Positions 49,961 through 52,015 of a stretch of DNA of 52,015 bases are shown here, piece after piece. This stretch comes from Burkholderiales bacterium (GTDB lineage: Bacteria > Pseudomonadota > Gammaproteobacteria > Burkholderiales > JBOIGA01), in NCBI GenBank assembly GCA_050741875.1, contig JBOIGA010000001.1, positions 1 through 52,015 of the forward strand. Reading direction: 5' to 3'. The position numbers were made by a program, and so were the translations under genes. Every line of letters starts with the position of its first letter. The stretch's first letter is position 1. The notes beneath the pieces are model-generated. The model had not been told where the DNA came from. It saw nothing but the letters and a program-made list of their open reading frames with translations, and did not search any database.

Positions 49961-50050
49961 GCTACCGATTCGATCTGGTACGGCTCGCCGCAGGATCAGA
50001 TCCAGGCTTTCCGGACCTTTCAGATTTCAGAAAAGCTTCGCGAAAATTCG
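49961..50050 (+). pseudogene. ~90-nt fragment homologous to the interior of the amidohydrolase gene (46381-46470)
   Basis: gctaccgattcgatctggtacggctcgccgcaggatcagatccaggctttccggacctttcagatttcagaaaagcttcg aligns with ggcaccgattcgatctggtatggctcaccgcaggatcagatacaggcctttcggacttttcagatttcggagcagcttcg at about 85% identity. It would encode TDSIWYGSPQDQIQAFRTFQISEKL. Confidence 0.6.
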
Positions 50051-50159
50051 GACGCAAATTTGGTGTCTACCACCGCATCGGCCATATGTAGCCGCGTTCC
50101 CGCAACAAGAGTTAGCGCAGCAGGCGGCCGTGTGACCAATTTCTTTACGGAGACCTTTC

Positions 50160-51649
50160 ATGCGCCACCTTCTGATTGCTGTTTGTCTGGCCACCACGGC
50201 GCTCCTCCCTGGTTGTGCCACCGTCGAGAACCCCGTCACCGGCAAGGTCGAGCGCACCGTCATGGACGAGCGCAGCGAGATCGCCGAGGGCAAGAAAGCG
50301 CACCCGCAGGTCCTCGCTGCATTCGGCGAGTACGAGGATCCGAAGCTACAGGCCTACGTCAACGACATCGGCCAGCGACTGGCCAAGGCCTCGCACCGCC
50401 CCGAGCTCGATTGGCACTTTACCGTGCTCGACAGCCCTGATATCAATGCCTTCGCGCTGCCCGGCGGCTACGTGTACATCACACGCGGCATCATGGCTTA
50501 CATGCACAGCGAAGCCGACCTCGCGGGCGTAATCGGCCACGAGATCGGCCACGTCACGGCGCGGCACAGTGCGCAGCGCGCCACGCGCCAGCAGACGGCG
50601 GGCCTGGGCGTACTGGCGGCGACCATCCTCGGCGCCGTGCTCGAAAGCCAGGGGCTGCGCGGCGCCGCCCGGGGGGCGTCCCAAGCCTCGCAGGGCATCG
50701 CTGCCGGTTATGTCGCGAGCTACAGTCGGGAACAGGAACTGCAAGCCGACAAGCTCGGCGCCGAGTATCTGGCGGGCATCAATTACAACCCGACCAACAT
50801 GGTCGATGTGATCCAGCTCCTCGAAAATCAGGAACGCTTCGCCGCCGACCAGGCACGCGCCGCTGGCCGCGCGCCGCGGGAGGGAGGATCGGATTGGCTG
50901 GCATCGCACCCGACCAGCGTCTGCGCGACATCAAAGAGATCGCGAGCCAGTACAAGGGCAAGGCCACCTATGGCGATGAAGGCCACGCCCGCTATCTGCA
51001 AGCCATCAACGGCATGCCGTTCGGCGAGAGTTCCGAACAGGGTGTGACGCGCGGCCAGAACTTCTATCACGAGCCCTTGGGCATCGCATTAACCGCGCCG
51101 CCGGGCTGGAAGATTCAAAACTCGGCCGAGGCGCTCGCGCTCGTGAACGGCGAGGGCAACGCCGCGCTAATCGTCCAGACGGTGCCGCCGCAAGCCGGCA
51201 ATAGTCATGAGGAGATCATCCGCAATGCCGTCAAGCCAGATTCGGGCCGCGTCGAACGGCGCACCCTCAACGGACTACCGGCTACGCATTTCTCCGGTAC
51301 GCGCAAGAACGAGCGTGGGCAGTCGCAACAGATCGAACTGACCCTGGTCACCGGCCCGTCGAACCGCAACTACGCCTTCATCTACGTGGCCAGGGATCAA
51401 CAATCATTGCAGCGGGCGCTTCGCCAGATGCAAGAAGCGGAGTCTTCGTTCCGCGCGCTGACCGCAGCCGACCGCAACGCCGCGCGTCCATGGAAGCTGA
51501 AAACCGTGCCCTACCCGCGCGGCGGCTTCGCGGAACTGGCGCGGCAGTCGCCGCTGACGAGCAATGCGGAGCAACAGTTGAGGCTGCTGAACGGGGTCTA
51601 TGGCGGTGGGGACGTGAAGCCGGGAGAGCTGGTGAAGATGGTGGAGTGA
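50160..51649 (+). CDS. M48-family Zn metalloprotease lipoprotein, frame broken by an apparent 1-nt deletion at 50909-50911
   Basis: ORF 50160..51047 has the lipobox LLPGC and the HEIGH zinc motif (VIGHEIGHVTARH) and ends its homologous part at ..DWLASHP. The continuation DQRLRDIKEIA.. runs in ORF 50894..51649. The junction gcacccgacc would be in frame as gcaccccgacc. Confidence 0.8.
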
Positions 51650-52015
51650 GAGGGGCGCGGGAAGAAAGAGCTAAACCGGTTGGCTCAGCCTGATCCTATT
51701 TTTTCCCGCAGTGGCCGACCTTCTCCGCTGCCACCGCCGGTGGACTTACACGCAGTGGCGGCGCGAACGATTTCCGGCCGATGCAGCACATGGAGCATTC
51801 GCCGCAATACCCGCTAGTCGCCCCCTTTACTTGATCGCTTTCGGACGGACTGCTCTATCAATGACGTCGGTGCTTCTGCTTCCCATCAGCAAGACGCCGC
51901 TTTGACAGGGCGCAAACGCCGCGATGAAGTCGAGCAGCAATTGCGCGATCAAATTCAAGAATCGGCAATTCGATTATTCCTGTTGCAAAACCTGATCTAT
52001 CGCGACGAACACTTC

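Noticed and set aside
51850-52015. A minus-strand reading ..GIIELPILEFDRAIAARLH.. vaguely resembles the middle of a PIN/VapC toxin (..ILPFD..AA..Y..)
   Set aside because: It needs at least one frameshift to continue, lacks the conserved acidic residues I could verify, and is cut by the window edge. The similarity is too weak to call without a database search.

Overview
The window looks like a largely syntenic core-chromosome segment of a roughly 60% GC proteobacterium. The gene order resembles Betaproteobacteria: dacA-dat-ybeD-lipB-lipA and ctp-envC-gpmA-rhodanese-grxC-secB-gpsA. This taxonomic placement is inference from gene order only. Left to right the window holds: leuS (partial), uvrD, a membrane protein, thrB, DUF2782, a LOG-family protein and polA. 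Next come a hypothetical+FIST pair, then lipA/lipB/ybeD/dat and a DD-carboxypeptidase. A complete Pil-Chp twitching-motility chemosensory operon follows (pilG-pilH-pilI-pilJ-chpA), then an orphan solute-binding protein. The most interesting locus is at 25.5-27.9 kb. It holds a PCu(A)C copper chaperone lying tail-to-tail with a three-gene cassette: a small secreted Cys-repeat precursor (3 x [10 protein letters not shown]), a DUF692/MNIO enzyme and a DUF2063 partner. This resembles the HvfABC oxazolone/thioamide metallophore system. The precursor is partly hidden by an out-of-frame extension of the DUF692 ORF. Housekeeping genes follow: hsp20, argB, slmA, moeB, an S41 protease, envC, gpmA, grxC, secB, gpsA, an OmpR/HK pair, a methyltransferase and an InaA-like kinase. 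From about 41.4 kb the window becomes a mosaic, decaying accessory segment. It contains a split LigD-type polymerase (Prim-Pol) gene and an ATP-dependent ligase without Ku, plus a diverged duplicate of the ligase 3' end. It also holds a catalase C-terminal remnant, an amidohydrolase-gene fragment and an orphan 24-codon pqqA that is absent from the ORF track. Three otherwise intact genes (lipA, the ligase, an M48 protease) each carry a single-base frameshift inside a G/C homopolymer. That pattern suggests sequencing error rather than true pseudogenes. Two dispersed short-repeat families are present. One of them is inserted in frame in uvrD as heptanucleotide repeats. No rRNA, intact tRNA, CRISPR array, transposase or integrase was found.
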